A DNA stretch of 64,000 bases from Lama glama (taxonomy: Eukaryota): assembly GCA_028534125.1 (NCBI GenBank), contig CM052818.1:29452001-29516000 (forward strand), read 5' to 3'. Each line of letters begins with the position of its first letter. The stretch's first letter is position 1. Positions 10,250-24,553 of this stretch are shown one piece after another. The notes beneath the pieces were generated by a model. It was not told the DNA's origin, ran no database searches, and saw nothing but the letters and a program-made list of their open reading frames with translations. Both the position numbers and the translations under genes were made by a program.

Positions 10250-13200
10250 ATCTAGAACCCTCAATTTGGAGGAACAAAACCCAGTTTTAAATCTCAAATG
10301 TCAGTTACAAACTGTATGATCTTGAAGTTACCTTCATTCTCCTAGCTTCAGTTTCCCATTGTGTAGAATACTAACACATATCTCAAAGAAAAGCTGCAGA
10401 ATGTAAGAAGGAATGACATTCATAAATAGGACTGGCTTTCAGGAGGGGTGTGTCCTTCAATTGCACTGACTTCCAGCTCCGGAGCACATCTTCTCTCTAA
10501 CCCTCTCCACTTGTGTCAATTAGCACCAAGTCCATGGGTCAAGGACACTGTGAAACAGCAAACCTCCAGGCTCAGAATTCTTTTACCTGAGCCGTTTTCT
10601 ACAGGACCTATGGCTGCACTGTCCACGGCACTCATCCTGTAGCTCTTGAATTTCTCAAGAAAAATGCAGGTCAGGAAGATGGAAAGCTTTCCTACTGTGC
10701 CTGCAAAGGTTATTATATCTTTCTTGGATTTGCTCTGACGAACTCTGAAGTTTCGCCTTTCCCCACAGATAGGCAGGAGCAGGTCTGGAGACAGCTGTGG
10801 CAGTGGCATCCTGAGCCACAGATGCACAGTTCAGAAGCAGCAGATGCCAGGACCCTCCCCACTTTCCTCTTTCTGCTTGGCTATGTCAAGGACTGACAGC
10901 GGGCAAGGAGAAAAAGTGATGTGGTTGCAACCTTTGGCTGCAGTCAAGGAATTCTGAGGGTGTTCACCTCAGTGTATTTGAGAACAGGGAGAGCTTCCCA
11001 CTGCTCCCTGGCCACTGCCAAGTGCATTTCTTTGAGTTCACAGAGTCAGCCACACCTTTTATGGCCTGAATATGCCCTAAATTCATGCTGCCTGAGCAAA
11101 CGTGGTCAATCTCCTTCATCTGCCCCCATGCTCTAGCCAAGGCTGTTTTTATACCTCGCAAGAACATTTATTCCAAATGATAAGCAACAACAACTTTGCT
11201 CAGTGCCCCTGTGTGTCTATGCGCATGTCTGTGCACGAGTGTATGCATGTGTGTGACCCCAGGCACTGGTTACTTCCCCAGGATCATCAAGGGTACCACC
11301 ATCTTGCCAGTATTTTTTCCCCTTACTTTGTAAGTATCACCTTCTTTCCTCATTCTTTCTCAACTGTCTTCATACTTCCCCCATCGACTTCTTCAAAATA
11401 TAGTTCACCAACAAATTAGACTGGATTGAACCAAGTCACAAATCCTGAAGGAACTCCACGTATCTCTGCGACGTTCCATGTGGTAAATTCAGAGGAAAGA
11501 GAAATAAATCTGCCCACTCAACACTGGTAAAGAGCCCAGGTTGTAACTTCAAACTCTAAACTGGAACATTTAACTAGCAACAAACGTCCTAATACTTATC
11601 ATTTCAGCTGTTGCAGCTGAACCATAAAATTATTATTTATTTTTCAAATACGAATGGATGGTTGTTTAATAAGTTCGGTATTATCTGGGCAATGACAGGG
11701 AAAATAAATGCTAAGGAAACGTGTAAGCGCTTCAAAAATCTCACTGGCAGATTTCTACAATCTTATTAAAACCTGGATGTCTGCCCTTGATTCTAGACAT
11801 CAGATCTAGTCAGAAAAACACTTTGCGACCAGTTCTCCAAGTTTACCTAACCTGCAACGTTCAACGTAGTAATTTTAGTCAGACTACAAGTCAAATTATT
11901 TAAGGAAAAATAACCCCAAATATTCACAACAAATTCTGTATCCAGACTCTATAAAACTTTTTGATGCTTAAATTATAAAACTAACCTTAAAATACCTACT
12001 CATGCAATTCCAATCAGCCAGACATTATCCCTGAATTATCTGGATATTGTCAACAATGTGATTTTTGGCCTGAAATTTCCAAATCCTTGCATCAGTTTTC
12101 AAATGTACTTTGGATGCAAGCGTAACTTTACAGTCTAATTTTACCACCCGCTGAAAAAGCCCTATAATTAGATGTCCGTCTGCTTCACAATCAGAACTGT
12201 CTGTGAAAGAACAGAGAAGAAAGAACTTGTGTTCAAAATTTCCTAATCTGCATTTGACAGTTTTCAAAGGAAAACAGTAGTAATTAGTAACAATGTTCCA
12301 AAACACTGGGCAAGCTAGTCTGAAAGTAATGAACGAGACTGTCATTTTTATTTCACTACATCTGTCTTTATCTCATCATGTCTGTCCATCAGCTCAGAGC
12401 ACAAAGTTAGAGATGCACAGTTAAAAAATAAATGATGGTGTCTTCATGAAGAACGTATCTTGACAACAATGGTAAATTGAAAACTGGGGACCAGAAGGAT
12501 ACAATTTAACATATACCAAAGCCACATTAAAAAATAGGTAAAAAACAAAAACCTAGCAAGACAAAAAATTAATGTAGAACTGCTTTCCACAATCTCTTGA
12601 CAGTTTTCTGCCACACATTAGTTTAACCTTTAATTGCATATGGCTTTGAAAAACCTGTAGTGTTTACCTACTTTGCGATGATGGACACAAGTACCTTAAA
12701 AATAAGGTAGTGTCAACAAATTCTCCGAGCACTTTACAACTGAAATGCGTACATCTCTAATTGTCAGGTGATCTGTAGTGATTGCACTGCGTTAGGTTTT
12801 GTGGCAGGGGAGTCTGTGTGGAGAAACTATCTTTTCGGTACCAATATGGGAACCTAAGGTGTGATGGAAGAATTTTACCCTCACCAGGTGAAAGGAAATC
12901 TTAGAGACAGATTTGTAAGGCAGTCTTAACTTCAGAGACACATTTTGGTGGTTTTTGAGGACAACAGATGATTCGAAATTAGAACCAAATAAAAAAATTT
13001 GTAACACAGGGCCTTGGTCACTATTTTGCAGATTCTTCCAAATAAGAAAGTACAGTGAAACCTCATTAAATTAGACAAAAGTGACTCAGAATTTGGACTA
13101 ATTAAAGACAGAAGTTGGGATGAAGTTCAACTCAGCTTAAATAATGCTTAAGATACTCATGAGGGAAAAACCTGTTTTCATCTCTTAGGTATGCTAATCT

Positions 13201-13492
13201 TTATTAACTCTTTTCTTTGCATCAAAGCGTATTTCCTCGGTGTACTTGTTCTCTGCCTTGAGTTTGAGCTATCTTTTTTTTTCTGAAGGCAGTAAAAACA
13301 CATTTTTGAGATGGTTTCATAACACAGGTATCTGCCACCTCCTCCTCCTGTTATCTTCAGGAGATTTCCCTGCACATTTACACTATTCAGTTGACCACTG
13401 AGTATTTACCTTCTCTTGGATACTCTCTCCCCATCCCCACCAAAAAAGCTCATCCAAAAATAGGAAAAAAAAAAAAAGTGATCATTACTTAC

Positions 13493-13615
13493 GGACACAG
13501 CTTGAAAAGGTTGGATCCGGCCCAAATCCCACTTTGCAGGTACATCTGTAGCTGCCCATGGTATTCAAACACTCACCATTAGGGCATACACCCTGTAGTT
13601 GGCATTCGTTAATAT
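13493..13615 (-). CDS. LTBP1: LTBP1 internal exon (123 nt, phase 1-1): calcium-binding EGF DINECQLQGVCPNGECLNTMGSYRCTCKVGFGPDPTFSSCV
   Basis: Acceptor is cttcccgcag|ATATTAAC and donor is GTCC|gtaagt. Matches the cbEGF consensus D-I-N-E-C...C-x-N-x-x-G-S-Y-x-C. Confidence 0.97.
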
Positions 13616-13764
13616 CTGCGGGAAGACACAATTCTTTTAGAAGGAGAAGACAAGCCCGGTCAAACAGATTCTGGCTGTAAATTGCATTCACTCTCTTTTT
13701 CACGATAATCTCTCTGAGTGATAGTAAATAAGAGAGGCTAGCAGCTTTTAATGTGGCAGCAGTT

Positions 13765-13990
13765 AAATCAGTCAAACATTTATTGAACAGCTACAAGTTA
13801 TGCGACAAATATTTACTATGCACCTACTATGCACCTGGTTCTATTCTGGATACTAGAGATTTACCAGTGAATAGAACTGATGGAAGACTCCAGCCATCAC
13901 AGATTTCCTGCTTTAGTGTTAATGTTCGTTAGGTAGTACAGCTCACAGGAAAGGCAAACACTCTCATCCTGGAGATACTGACAGTCTAGT
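13765..13990 (-). mobile_element. L2 remnants
   Basis: tcagtcaaacatttattga and caaatatttactatgcacctactatg are the reverse complement of the L2 3' end. Confidence 0.55.
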
Positions 13991-14877
13991 TGTACATGTA
14001 ACTATGTAAAAGCTAAAGAAGTGAGAATCAGTCAAGTTATCACAATCAGAACAAAGGTCACAAACTTGACGAAGTTAAATGATGAGATGGCCTGTATTGA
14101 CAGGAAGAGCTGCTAGAGGAAGCTGGAGGTGAGGGAGACCGCAGCACGGAGGAGGAGGTCAGACTCCATTGGGTGCTGAATGTGGGGAGCAGCCAGCGGA
14201 TGGGGAGGAAGGGGTGGATGGTCTACATGGGTGGACACCAGAGCATGAGCACAGAGACTGGAGAAGGAAAGGGAATCAGGAAACCATGAGTCAAACTGTT
14301 GGCTGGAAAAGAAGTTTCAGGAAGGTGAACAGTTGGAAAAAGAGCTGGCTAAAGCCAGGCTAGGTTTAGAGCCAATTTTACTGAACACAGGCAAATATAC
14401 TAAAGGTTTGTGAGCAGCAGGAAGATACAATCAAGGGCAGGCTCTAAGGAAATGCATCTGGCCAGCATATGGCTTGGTGAGAAGAGATTAAAAGTTTGAT
14501 CACTGAAGGAGTAATCCAAGTGTAAGACTGGCGACAAGCCAGGCTGGTGACAGTGAGAATAATCAGGAAGAGAAGGAATGACTTCTTTTTTTTTTTTGAA
14601 GGAACAACAGACAATGCTTGGTCTTTGGCCAACACAGCACTGGAGAGGAAGACGAGTCAAAGATGCCTGTGAAGATTCCAATCTGAGAAAAGTGGAAAAG
14701 ACGCGATTGCTTTTGTGGAAAGTTCTGTGGAGGAAAGAGGCAGAGAAGGAGATAAGTTTTACACTTGAAGGTCACAGTGGGATACTCGAGTATAAATATC
14801 CAGCAGCAGATTCAAGAATCAAGTGAACGGAAACCATCTCTGGAAACAGAGACTTATGGTCATCTGCTTACTGTGAT

Positions 14878-15214
14878 TGCTATGGTCTGAATGTTCTGTG
14901 TCCCCCCAAAATTCACATCCTGAAATCTTAACCCCCCAAAAGTGAGGCCTTTGTGAGGTGCTTAAGTCATGAGGAAGGAACCCTCAGGAATGGGATTAGT
15001 GCCTTCTAAAAGAGACAGATTCCCTAGCCCCGCTTCCCTATTTGAGGACACAGTGGCGAAGTCTGCAACCCGAACAGGGCCCTCACCAGAAGGCGACCGT
15101 GCTGGTGCCTTGATCTTGGACTTCCCAGTCTCCAGAACTGTGAGCAGTAAATACCTGTTGTTTTTAAGCTACTCTGTCGGTGTATTTTGTTATAGCAGCA
15201 CAAGTGGACTAAGA
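14878..15214 (+). mobile_element. MLT1A-like MaLR solo LTR
   Basis: Reads tgctatggtctgaatgt...ttgatcttggacttcccagtctccagaactgtgag...ttgttatagcagc...gactaaga. Flanked by GTGAT and GTGAC, a near-perfect 5-bp TSD. Confidence 0.85.
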
Positions 15215-15299
15215 GTGACCTAAGGGGGGATCAAAACGATTTGGAAGAGGAGAGACAAAAAGGCGGTCATGCCTTTTTGCAAAGGTAATTACAAATAAA

Positions 15300-15740
15300 C
15301 AGAATGTGAATATATGTATGTTCATGTATGACTGAAACATTATGCTGTACACCAGAAATTGACACAACATTGTAAACTGACTATACTTCAATAAAAAAAA
15401 AATATATGAACAACAACAACCAAAAAAGTATGTGGTCAAAGGTAAAAACTTCCAGTTATAAGATAAATAAGTTCTGGGGATGTAATGTACAACATGATGA
15501 CTATAGTTAATAATACTGTATTGTATACTTAAAAGTTGCTACAAGAGTAGATCTTAAAAGCTCTCATCACAAGGAAAAAAAGTGTGTAACCGTGTGTGGT
15601 GATGGATGTTAACTAGACTTATTGTGGCGATCATTTTGCAATATATACAAATATCAAATCAGTATGTTGTACACCTGAAACCAACATAATGTTATATGTC
15701 AATTATACCTCAATTAAAAAAGATAAAAATAAAAAAATAA
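15300..15740 (+). mobile_element. Two adjacent L1 3'-end fragments, each with an A-rich tail
   Basis: The first ends tgctgtacaccagaaattgacacaacattgtaaactgactatacttcaat(A)n. The second runs ttccagttataagataaataagttctgggga...tgtacacctgaaacc...gtcaattatacctcaat(A)n. Confidence 0.8.
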
Positions 15741-16795
15741 ACAATGTGACAAGTTAAAAGTAAAAACTTCGTAGTCATCTATATTTTATTCAGTGTGGCT
15801 TATGAAGCTTAATAGTTAACAGGCTTGTCTATTAATGTTCCCATTTCAAATTATATTTACTTCCTTCAATCATTAATTCTAATAAAACTTATTAAGGATC
15901 CTAAAACATGAATTTTCTAAATTAAAACTGAACACCATGGGAGCAAAATATTACTAGCAGATCGTCACACAAACAGGCAAATGCAGCCTGCAATAAATCA
16001 TTATTTGCTTCTGTCTCATACTGAAAGTAGCCAAACATACCTATAAGGACATATTTTATCCAACATGTGCAATTTTTAACTTGATTTCAGGGACAATATG
16101 CTATTTTCAGTGACATTCAAATGACAACACACATGTTGGTTGTATAAATTCCACAGCATTCCAACTTGGATCTGACTGGAAACTGTACAGCTAGATGACG
16201 CCCCGCACAGCACAGGGTCCAGCACCCACCAGGCTTCCTCTTTATCAGAGTGTGTGTTAAACTATGATGCACATTTATATACAGCATGTAATTGAAAATA
16301 TTCCCCTTTAAGTCATTCTCCTTATGAAAACCACCAGGGAGGACCAGAAAGAGTGCCAAGTCCAGCTGGGGCTTACACGGTAGAAACCAAGGCCCTCACA
16401 TATGTCCCAATGTAAACCCCCAACCTGGGTAAGCAGCTAGTTGTGGTCAGAAAGTCTCTACTTTCCCCTCATGTTCCCACTAGGGTGTGATGATCTCCCC
16501 TCTCTCTGGGCAGCTTTTACTCCTGTTCAGTGGTTGCACCAATACACCTTCCATGTTAACCTCTTGGGACCCAGAATTTTCCCTTATCTGGAAGTTTCAA
16601 TGACAGTATCATCCTAGCCTCCCTGCTGGCTACAGATTAAGGTGGTGGTTTTTCCCCCAAAGCACAGATAACCTGATGTATAACCACTGCCCTAGGCCCT
16701 CTTCCAATGTCCCCTCTTTGACTCTCCTCAACAGTGCCCACTGCCTCGACCAAGATGCCACAGGACAGGAGGACAGGAACGAAGACTACAAAGGA

Positions 16796-16932
16796 GGGGA
16801 GAACGATACAGCTCAAGTGGCAGAGTGCATGCTTAGCACACACAAGGTCCTGGGTTCAACCCCCAGCACCTCCTCTAAAAATAAAACAAATAAGTAAGCC
16901 TAATTACCTTTCTCCTCCCCTCCCAAAAAAAG
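16796..16932 (+). mobile_element. tRNA-Ala-derived SINE (camelid Vic-1-like)
   Basis: A box agctcaagtggcag, anticodon arm gcatgcttagcacac, B box gggttcaaccccc, then a tail aaataagtaagcctaattacct...A-rich. Confidence 0.8.
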
Positions 16933-17214
16933 ACTAAAAAGGCAAAAACAAATATGGCTACAGACAGGAAGGAGGAGAAAAATTCATGAAGAGGAATCAT
17001 GTGAAAAAAACTTCTCCTTTTCCTACCATCTCTGCTCTAATCAGCTTGTGCCACCAGTGTTAGCAACACCACCTCCCCTAATTTTGGCTCCAGAAACCAA
17101 GAAGCATCGATACACTCTCACAGCTTCCAGAAAAACTCATTTCCCTCAGTTGTCTCAATTTATTTTCTTATCCTAGTCTCTAAAATACCGTAAGTTAGAG
17201 ATTAAATATCCAAG

Positions 17215-18020
17215 ATTTTTTTCTTTTTAAACTTACATACAGCAAAATATACCAATCTTAAGTATACAGCTAAATGAGTTTTTGCGTACACACACGTGTA
17301 CACACAAGTACGTACATGTATACACATGTATGTGCACATACTGTGTAACCACCACCCAGATCACGACTTAGAACATTTCCACAGCCTCACAAGGCTCCTA
17401 CATGTCCCTTCCCATTTAGCATCTCTGTCCTCACAGGTAACTACTAATTTGAGTTCCATCATCACTGACTAGTCTTGCCTGTTCTTAAACGTCATATAAA
17501 GGGAATCACACTGTGTATGTTCTTTTGTCTGACTTTTTATTTATTATTATGCCTAAGAGATTCATCAGTGCTGCTGCATGCAGCTCATAAAGTTCATTTT
17601 CCACTGCTCTGCTGTATTGTATGAGTGCAAAGTTAATTTATCCATTCTACTGATGATAGATACTCTGGGGGTGATTTCCAACCATGCTACTAGGTACATT
17701 CATTGATATTTATTTATATGTATGTATGTCTTTTGGTAGGCCTAGGTTCTCAATTCTCTAGGATAAATATCTATGAATAGAATTTCTGGGTCATTAAATA
17801 AGGCTCAAATAAATAGAATTTCTGGGTCATTAAATAAGGCTCATTCAGTAGTTGTCCAAGGTGGTTATGTCAGTTTCCATTCCCAGTACCAACTGCTCCA
17901 TATCCCCATCAAATTATTGTCAGTCTTTTGCATTTCAGTTATCTGGGTGGGTGTGTACTGTTATTTCACGGTGATTTTGACCTGGATTTCCTTTTCATAT
18001 ATTTATTAGCCATTTGAATC
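17215..18020 (-). mobile_element. Old L1 (L1M-type) 3' fragment
   Basis: cttaagtatacagc, gtgtaaccaccacccagatca, agaacatttcc and tttatccattctac are typical antisense L1M 3' motifs. Confidence 0.7.
17776..17843. repeat. Tandem duplication, 36-bp period (32 bp identical)
   Basis: aatagaatttctgggtcattaaataaggctca occurs at 17776-17807 and 17812-17843. Confidence 0.95.
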
Positions 18021-21000
18021 TAAAAACAATCCTTCCTATGACGTAAATATCTGTAAGAATGCTGCAGGCTTCCTTCTCAGGGAACATCAGCTGCTGACTC
18101 TCCAAGAGGGGCATGCTTAGTTAAGGGACACTGTGTGTCGTTGCAAGGACCGGGAAACCCACACTGGGTAGACGCTAGGAAAGTGGGGTTCGCCTCCCCT
18201 GGCAAAGAATTGTTCTGCCAAAATCATCAACAATGTCCTCACTGAAAAACTCATCCAGAGGAGATGAAAATATGAGTTTATAAGCACAGAAAGACCTTCT
18301 TGAAGGTAGGCTGTCTGAGGAGTGAGGGGGTGGAGGTGGGCACTGGCTCTGTGAGGAGACTGGAAGGGTTTCATTCCCTGAACTCAGTGTCTGGACTGTC
18401 TACACTGGGTCTCCTGCTGTCTCTGCGACTGTGCCTTGGCCTGAGCAAGAAGCAAAGCAGACTGGGTCCCCCAAATCACGAACCTCATGGTTTGTGATCT
18501 GCAAGACCAGGGTCCTAGCACCACCAGGTCGGACCAGGACCCTAAGGAGATTCGTCAAACATAACTGATCTGCGGACCTGTTCCTGGAGTCTGGGCACCC
18601 TGCACACCTTTTAAGCAAGGCTGTTCCTTTTTCATCTGCTTCAAATACTAAGCTTCTGTGATAAGATGACATTTGTCAAGAAAATTTGAAAATCACTGAC
18701 ACATTATTTCTGTGAAAAATATCCCAGGTTTCAACAACTCACTTAACAAATAAAACTTTTAAAGGAATTCCATTCATGAAGTAATTCCTAATATGCAAAA
18801 TTTTACATCTAAAAATTAGACAGGAACTCTCTTTTTTCTGTCACTTCATTCTTCCATCCCTTCTTGGTTCCTAGAAGATTGTGGGTGGCCAGATAGTCTT
18901 TGGTGTTAAAAAAGAAAAAGGCAAAAATCTTATTCCCCCTGGTTTTTAACTTAGAACCTCAAATTAGTACATGAGTAATTATCTAAATGACTTCCTGAGG
19001 TAGCCAAGCTCTTTAAACCCTTTCTGAATAAACTGAAGGAAATCAGAGACTCACAAATGCATTAAGAACAAAACATGAGTTAAGTAAACACATCCTATCT
19101 GGATATGAGGAGTTTAAGGTTTAGGCTAAGAGAAGGCGTTACGAGATCAAAGTTTAACAATTATATGGAACATGATTGGCTGATTATGAATTACAATTCT
19201 AGTTAGACTCAATGCTTCAGGCTATTTTCTTATTTAAAATCGAATAAAAACTTCTAACTTGATTATATTTTTTATAAATAACTTATATTTGACAAATATA
19301 ATAGTGCTTCAGAAGTCTCACTGAACAGGGTCAGCCAATTTCCCTTAATGTATTCTGATTAAATTCAAAGTATTGTAGTACTTAGTTTAAAAAGAAACAA
19401 TTGTCAACAAATGAATTTGTTCACTGTTTTCCTCTCTGCAGACCACCAAATTTCTCTGGACAATTGTGGAATTCTGCCCTTTGAAGGAACAGTATAACCA
19501 CTTGCATACGCAGCACAGTTTACTGAGTTCAAGAACAAAAGTCAAAACGAATGGCTGAAGGAAGTGGCACCCTCAGAGACCCTGGTCACCCATCCCCATA
19601 CTTCCATCTGAGCTGCTGTGCTGGGCAGTCTACAAGTGTACAGAGGCAAAAAGAAAGAGAGAAACTCCTACAGACCCGTGTGCACCGTTAGAGTAGGTAA
19701 AATAATCCGGGGGGCTACAGCTAGTATGAAGATTTACTACATCTCATTCACTTAAAGCATTTATAGAGTGTCTCTGCCCACGACAGCCTACCATGTACCT
19801 CGGGCCATAGATCGACTTCAACAATACAAAACTGCTCTTCTTATAATTCTAAAACGGTTGAGTATTGGCAGTGAATATTGGTCCAACCTAATACAAAAGA
19901 AAGGAAGGCCAGGGCATCTACCCACGATATAAAACTACAGAGCAGTAGAGAAATACACATAACAAGAGACCCTTTAAACAACCTAATCTAGTGCAGCGTT
20001 AGCATTTCAGCACTAAGGAATGATATCACAATCCAACACAGTGAGGCAAGGACCCTCGTCATCATCCTTTATATTTGTACATCTCATCTTATCTCACTGG
20101 AACTTCATAACAATTCTGCATGGTGAGCAACAGTGATTCTCTTCTTTAATCTTTTAAAAAATTGGATCTTGGATAAAGTTAAGGGAGAATGGAGAAATCT
20201 AATGTGAGAAATATCCCACTAAGACCTAGTTTGGTACCTACAATCCTAAATTATGTCACCTAGAGCAAGCCATTTATTGTGTCTTGATTTCACTTTCCTC
20301 TCCTGAAACACAGACAATCCCCGGGTTGCTTCTAGCTTAAATATTCTGACTTCAGAACAACATGCCAGTTGCCAGGGTTGAAAACACCAACGGATAAATA
20401 AAGTATGATATTTAATGCATAATATCTACCAAGACCAGCGTACATACCCAGCAGGAAGTAAACACACTTTCATGTATCTATTCTCTTACAGCAAAGTATG
20501 GATGTTCAACAAAGTGAGTAATAATTTTGTGCCTTTTTAGTGACGCAAGTTTATATAGGAAATGAGGCATGTCCAGGAACCAACAGGAATTAGGTACAAG
20601 GTGGGAACAGTACACGCAGATCTTTACACAGTGTGAAAATACAAAAGTGCTCTGGAGATTCTGCTGTATCTATCCAGTTTTTGCTGATGGACAGAAATTC
20701 CATCACACAATTTAGCAATAGGACTTCCAGTTGAAAGCAGAGAAAATATCTGTTGAGGTAAATACTTTTCCCAGCCAGACAGACCACCTGCCTATGAAAC
20801 AGGGATCCCTTACTTAAGATAAAGTTCACTCTCAGAGGACATGCATATTTCTTCAACATGATAACATGATAAAAGGATTATCAGAGTCAATTCTGCAGCT
20901 CCAAGGTTTTTTGTTGTTATTTGTTTGTTTAAAGCCTGTATCTCAGATCAACAGCCAGGAATTAATCTACTGCATCCATTTAATCTTTGATAGAAAAAAA

Positions 21001-22699
21001 AATGTAGATGTCAGCTTAAAAATGTGTGAACACCTAAGTTTTTCAATATTATTTTAGGAGATAAGGGAACAAAAAATGTTTGCAGTTCAACAGCAATTTT
21101 ACCCAAGGTGTTCTGCCTGGGACTTCTGCTGAAAGGAGGGTTCTACAGCCGAGTATGACTGAGGAGCACTGTGTATTCCACGTGCATGAGCACACTCACG
21201 GCCTCGAGAAGTCCTCTGGCAAGGACTCTTGGTTTCCTCTGTTTATCTTGATGTTCTCCACACAGTTGGCCATGGAACCTTTTTTCACACACCATCTGTA
21301 ACATCCCTCTGAACTGGTGGTCTGCGGAGCACATTTCGTGAAATGTTGCTCCCCGGGGTCAGCCCTGCAAACTACTATACGGGTCTCTTCGAGGCTACAT
21401 GTGTTTCAAGCTGGGCCCCACTGCTGCTGTAGCCTCCCCTCACGGCCTGTAACTGTTCCTCCTTAATAAAATAATAATTTAGCATGGGATAGATTCGATC
21501 ATTGGACTCAAAGGAAGTAAGCCACTGTGGGAACAATTCCCTGCCTTCCAATCTTTCTGTCTTCAGGATTACATGATAAAAGAATGAATGGAGCCCAGAG
21601 AACAGTGTGTATTTATTTCTTGACACGTGTCCTACACATGGAAGACGCACATCTCTGCTGGTCTTGGATTTCTGACTACAGTCTATGGACACTTCATTAA
21701 TTTCTCCTTGAAACATTCATAGTAACACACATCAATCATGAGCTTTCCTCATCACTCGTGATACAACAGGCATCTTCCCATTGAATTTATAGCCCCAGAG
21801 ATGAAGTCAAAGAACCATTGGAAAATACAATGTGTTAATGACTCACTTCACCACTGTCTTTCCTGAAGAAAAGTGAATAAAATAAACAGACATTTCCTTT
21901 TTGAATCCTATCCCAGTGATAGGAACATAGTCAGAGGACACATCAGAAAATGATTCTAAAATGGATGAGAATGGGTCCCAAATTGATTTTTAAACACTAA
22001 AATGATGCTCAGGTCAAGATCAAAACTGTTAAAAAGTCTTGCCCCAAATAATGTGCCTATTTAGACTACAAAAAGCAGCAGGAATTCCCAGAGGACGCCT
22101 AGGACAGCAAAATAACACCTCAAATCAATAAAACCTATCAATTTCCTATTGGTCACTGACTTTTTTTTTAACATTTTTTTATTGAGTTATAGTCATTTTA
22201 TAATGTTGTATCAAATGACTATTTTAAATATGATTCAGCATCACATTAAGCAACCTCCTCCCAGTTTCTGAGATTAAATCACTAAATACAGCAGAGCATT
22301 GTGATGAATGTGACAGGCTAGAATTTTATACATTTTAAGGGTTCTGAAAAATTTAACTGTCAAGTCAGGTTGACTCTAGTCTTAGTTCACATCTATTGAT
22401 TTCCCAAATACATAGCAAGAACAAAGGATTCTAAGTTTCATTCTTTTACCCACATTACTTTCATAATATTGCTTATTTCCTCCTAGAAAGAAGTAAACAT
22501 CACAGCAAGCAATTCCCTATGATAATGGAAATAAAGGGAACTTTAGAGACAGCATTGGAACTGGAGTGGATGCTGCACAAACCAAGAAGTCAGAAGAATT
22601 TGCTGAAGGAAGGGAAAAGCACTGAAAAGCTCTCAAATGAAAACATCAATGGATATTATCACTTCACTCGCCACAGTTCTGAATATTAAACAATGGTAC

Positions 22700-23015
22700 T
22701 GGTCACATGCTGTTGAGTGAAAGAAGCCAGACACAAAACAGCACACATTGGATAATGTTAAAGTTCATAAAAAGACAACTCATCTATGCTTATGAGTTAG
22801 GACAGTGATTAGTTCTGAAAAAGAGGGAGAAAGTAAAAACTGGGAAAAGACAAAGGGCAGATGCTGGGGTGCAAGTGATCTTCTGATGTCTTGACTTGAG
22901 TAATAATAACTACACAGTTATAGTCACTTTGTAATATTCACTGAGCTAATTCCCTATGATTTGTGCATTGTTTTTTGTGCATTGTTCTATACATAGGTTA
23001 TACTTCAACAAAAAG
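22700..23015 (+). mobile_element. Old L1 (L1MC/MD-like) 3' fragment
   Basis: gagtgaaagaagccagacacaaaa...ttatacttcaacaaaaag resembles an L1M 3' UTR. Confidence 0.6.
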
Positions 23016-23310
23016 TGTATTTAAATACATAGCAAATTATATAATTTCTAATATTATCAAACTTTTTTCACCAATACTTTTTCGATATGGCCTCTTACAG
23101 TTAGATGTAAAGTGACTTCACAGTAATACAAATAAAGATTGTTTACTTCCTTTTTTCTCAAGCAAAATCCATTTATACATGCTAAGTCAGTATAAACCAT
23201 CAAGGTGTTACAGACTCATTTTTAAAACAGCCCCAAATCTCACCTCTCCTTGTATTCAAGCCCTGGTCTATGTGACGTTGCAGCTCCCTCCCATTAAGAA
23301 GTAGAGTCTA

Positions 23311-24553
23311 ACACCATACACAAAAATAAACTCAAATGGCTTAAAGACTTAAACATAAGACAAGATACCATAAATCTAGAAACGAATACAGGCAAAACAT
23401 TCTCTGATACAAATGTAGCAATATTCTCCTAGGGCTGTCTATCAATGCAATAGAAATAAAAACAAAAACAAACAAATGGGACCTAGTTAAACTTATAAGC
23501 TTATGCACAGCTTAGAGGAAACTCTAAACATAACAAGAAGACAACCTATAGAATAGGAGAAAATATTTGCAAATGAAGGGACTGACAAGGGCTTAATTTC
23601 CAGAATATATAAACACCTCATATAACTTAATAACAAAACAAAACAAAACATAAAAAACATAACCCAATCAAAAAATGAGCAGAAGATCTAAACAAACATT
23701 TCTACAATGAAGACGTACAAATGGCCAACAGGCACATGAAAAACACCAGTCAGAATGGCCATCATTAACAAGTTCACAAACAATAAATGCTGGAAAGGGT
23801 GTGGAGAAAAGGGAATCCTCCTACCCTACAGGTGAGAATGCAGCTTGGTGCATCCATTATGGAAAATAGCATGCAGATTCTTTTAAAAACTAAAAACAGA
23901 CTTACAATATGATCCAGCAATCTCATTTCTGGGCATACATCTGGAGGAAACTAATTTGACAAGATACATGCACCCCAATGTTCACAGCAGCACTATTTAC
24001 AATAGCCAAGACATGGAAGCAACCTAAATGTCCATCGACAGATGAGTAGATCAAGAAGTTGTGTGTGTGTGTGTGTGTGTGCGCGTGCGTGTGCGCGTGT
24101 AAAATGGAATACTATTCTGTGGTGTAAAAGAATAAAACAATGCCATTTGCAGCATGGATGGACCTAGATACTATCATAACAAGTGAAGCAAGACAGAGAA
24201 AGACAAATATCACATAATATTATTTATATGTGGAATCTAAGAAAATGACACAAATGAACTTATTCACAAAACAGAAACAGACTCACAGACACAGCAAACC
24301 AACTTAATAGTTACCAGGAGGGAAAGAGGTGGGGAGGGATAAACTAGGACTCAGGATCTGAAGATATGATTGTATACAAAATAGATCAACAACAAGGTCC
24401 TACTGTACATCACAGGGAACTATATTCAATATTGCATAATAGCCTATAATGGAAAAGAATATGAAAAGGAATATATATGTATAACTGAATCACGATGTTG
24501 TGCAGCAGAAATGAACAACACTGTAAACTGACTATACTTCAATTAAAAAAAAA
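23311..24553 (+). mobile_element. 5'-truncated L1 (ORF2 3' end, 3' UTR and polyA), antisense to LTBP1, with an internal (GT)n
   Basis: Contains acaccatacacaaaaataaactcaaa, gaaaatatttgcaaat, cagcactatttacaatagccaagacatggaagcaacctaaatgtccatc and ends gactatacttcaatt(A)n. The ORF is degraded. Confidence 0.92.
24059..24100. repeat. (GT)n/(GC)n microsatellite
   Basis: Seen directly in the sequence. Confidence 0.95.

Noticed and set aside
23311..24553. Active or protein-coding L1
   Set aside because: It is 5'-truncated with an internal deletion and an inserted microsatellite, and the track shows no ORF of 60 aa or more here.
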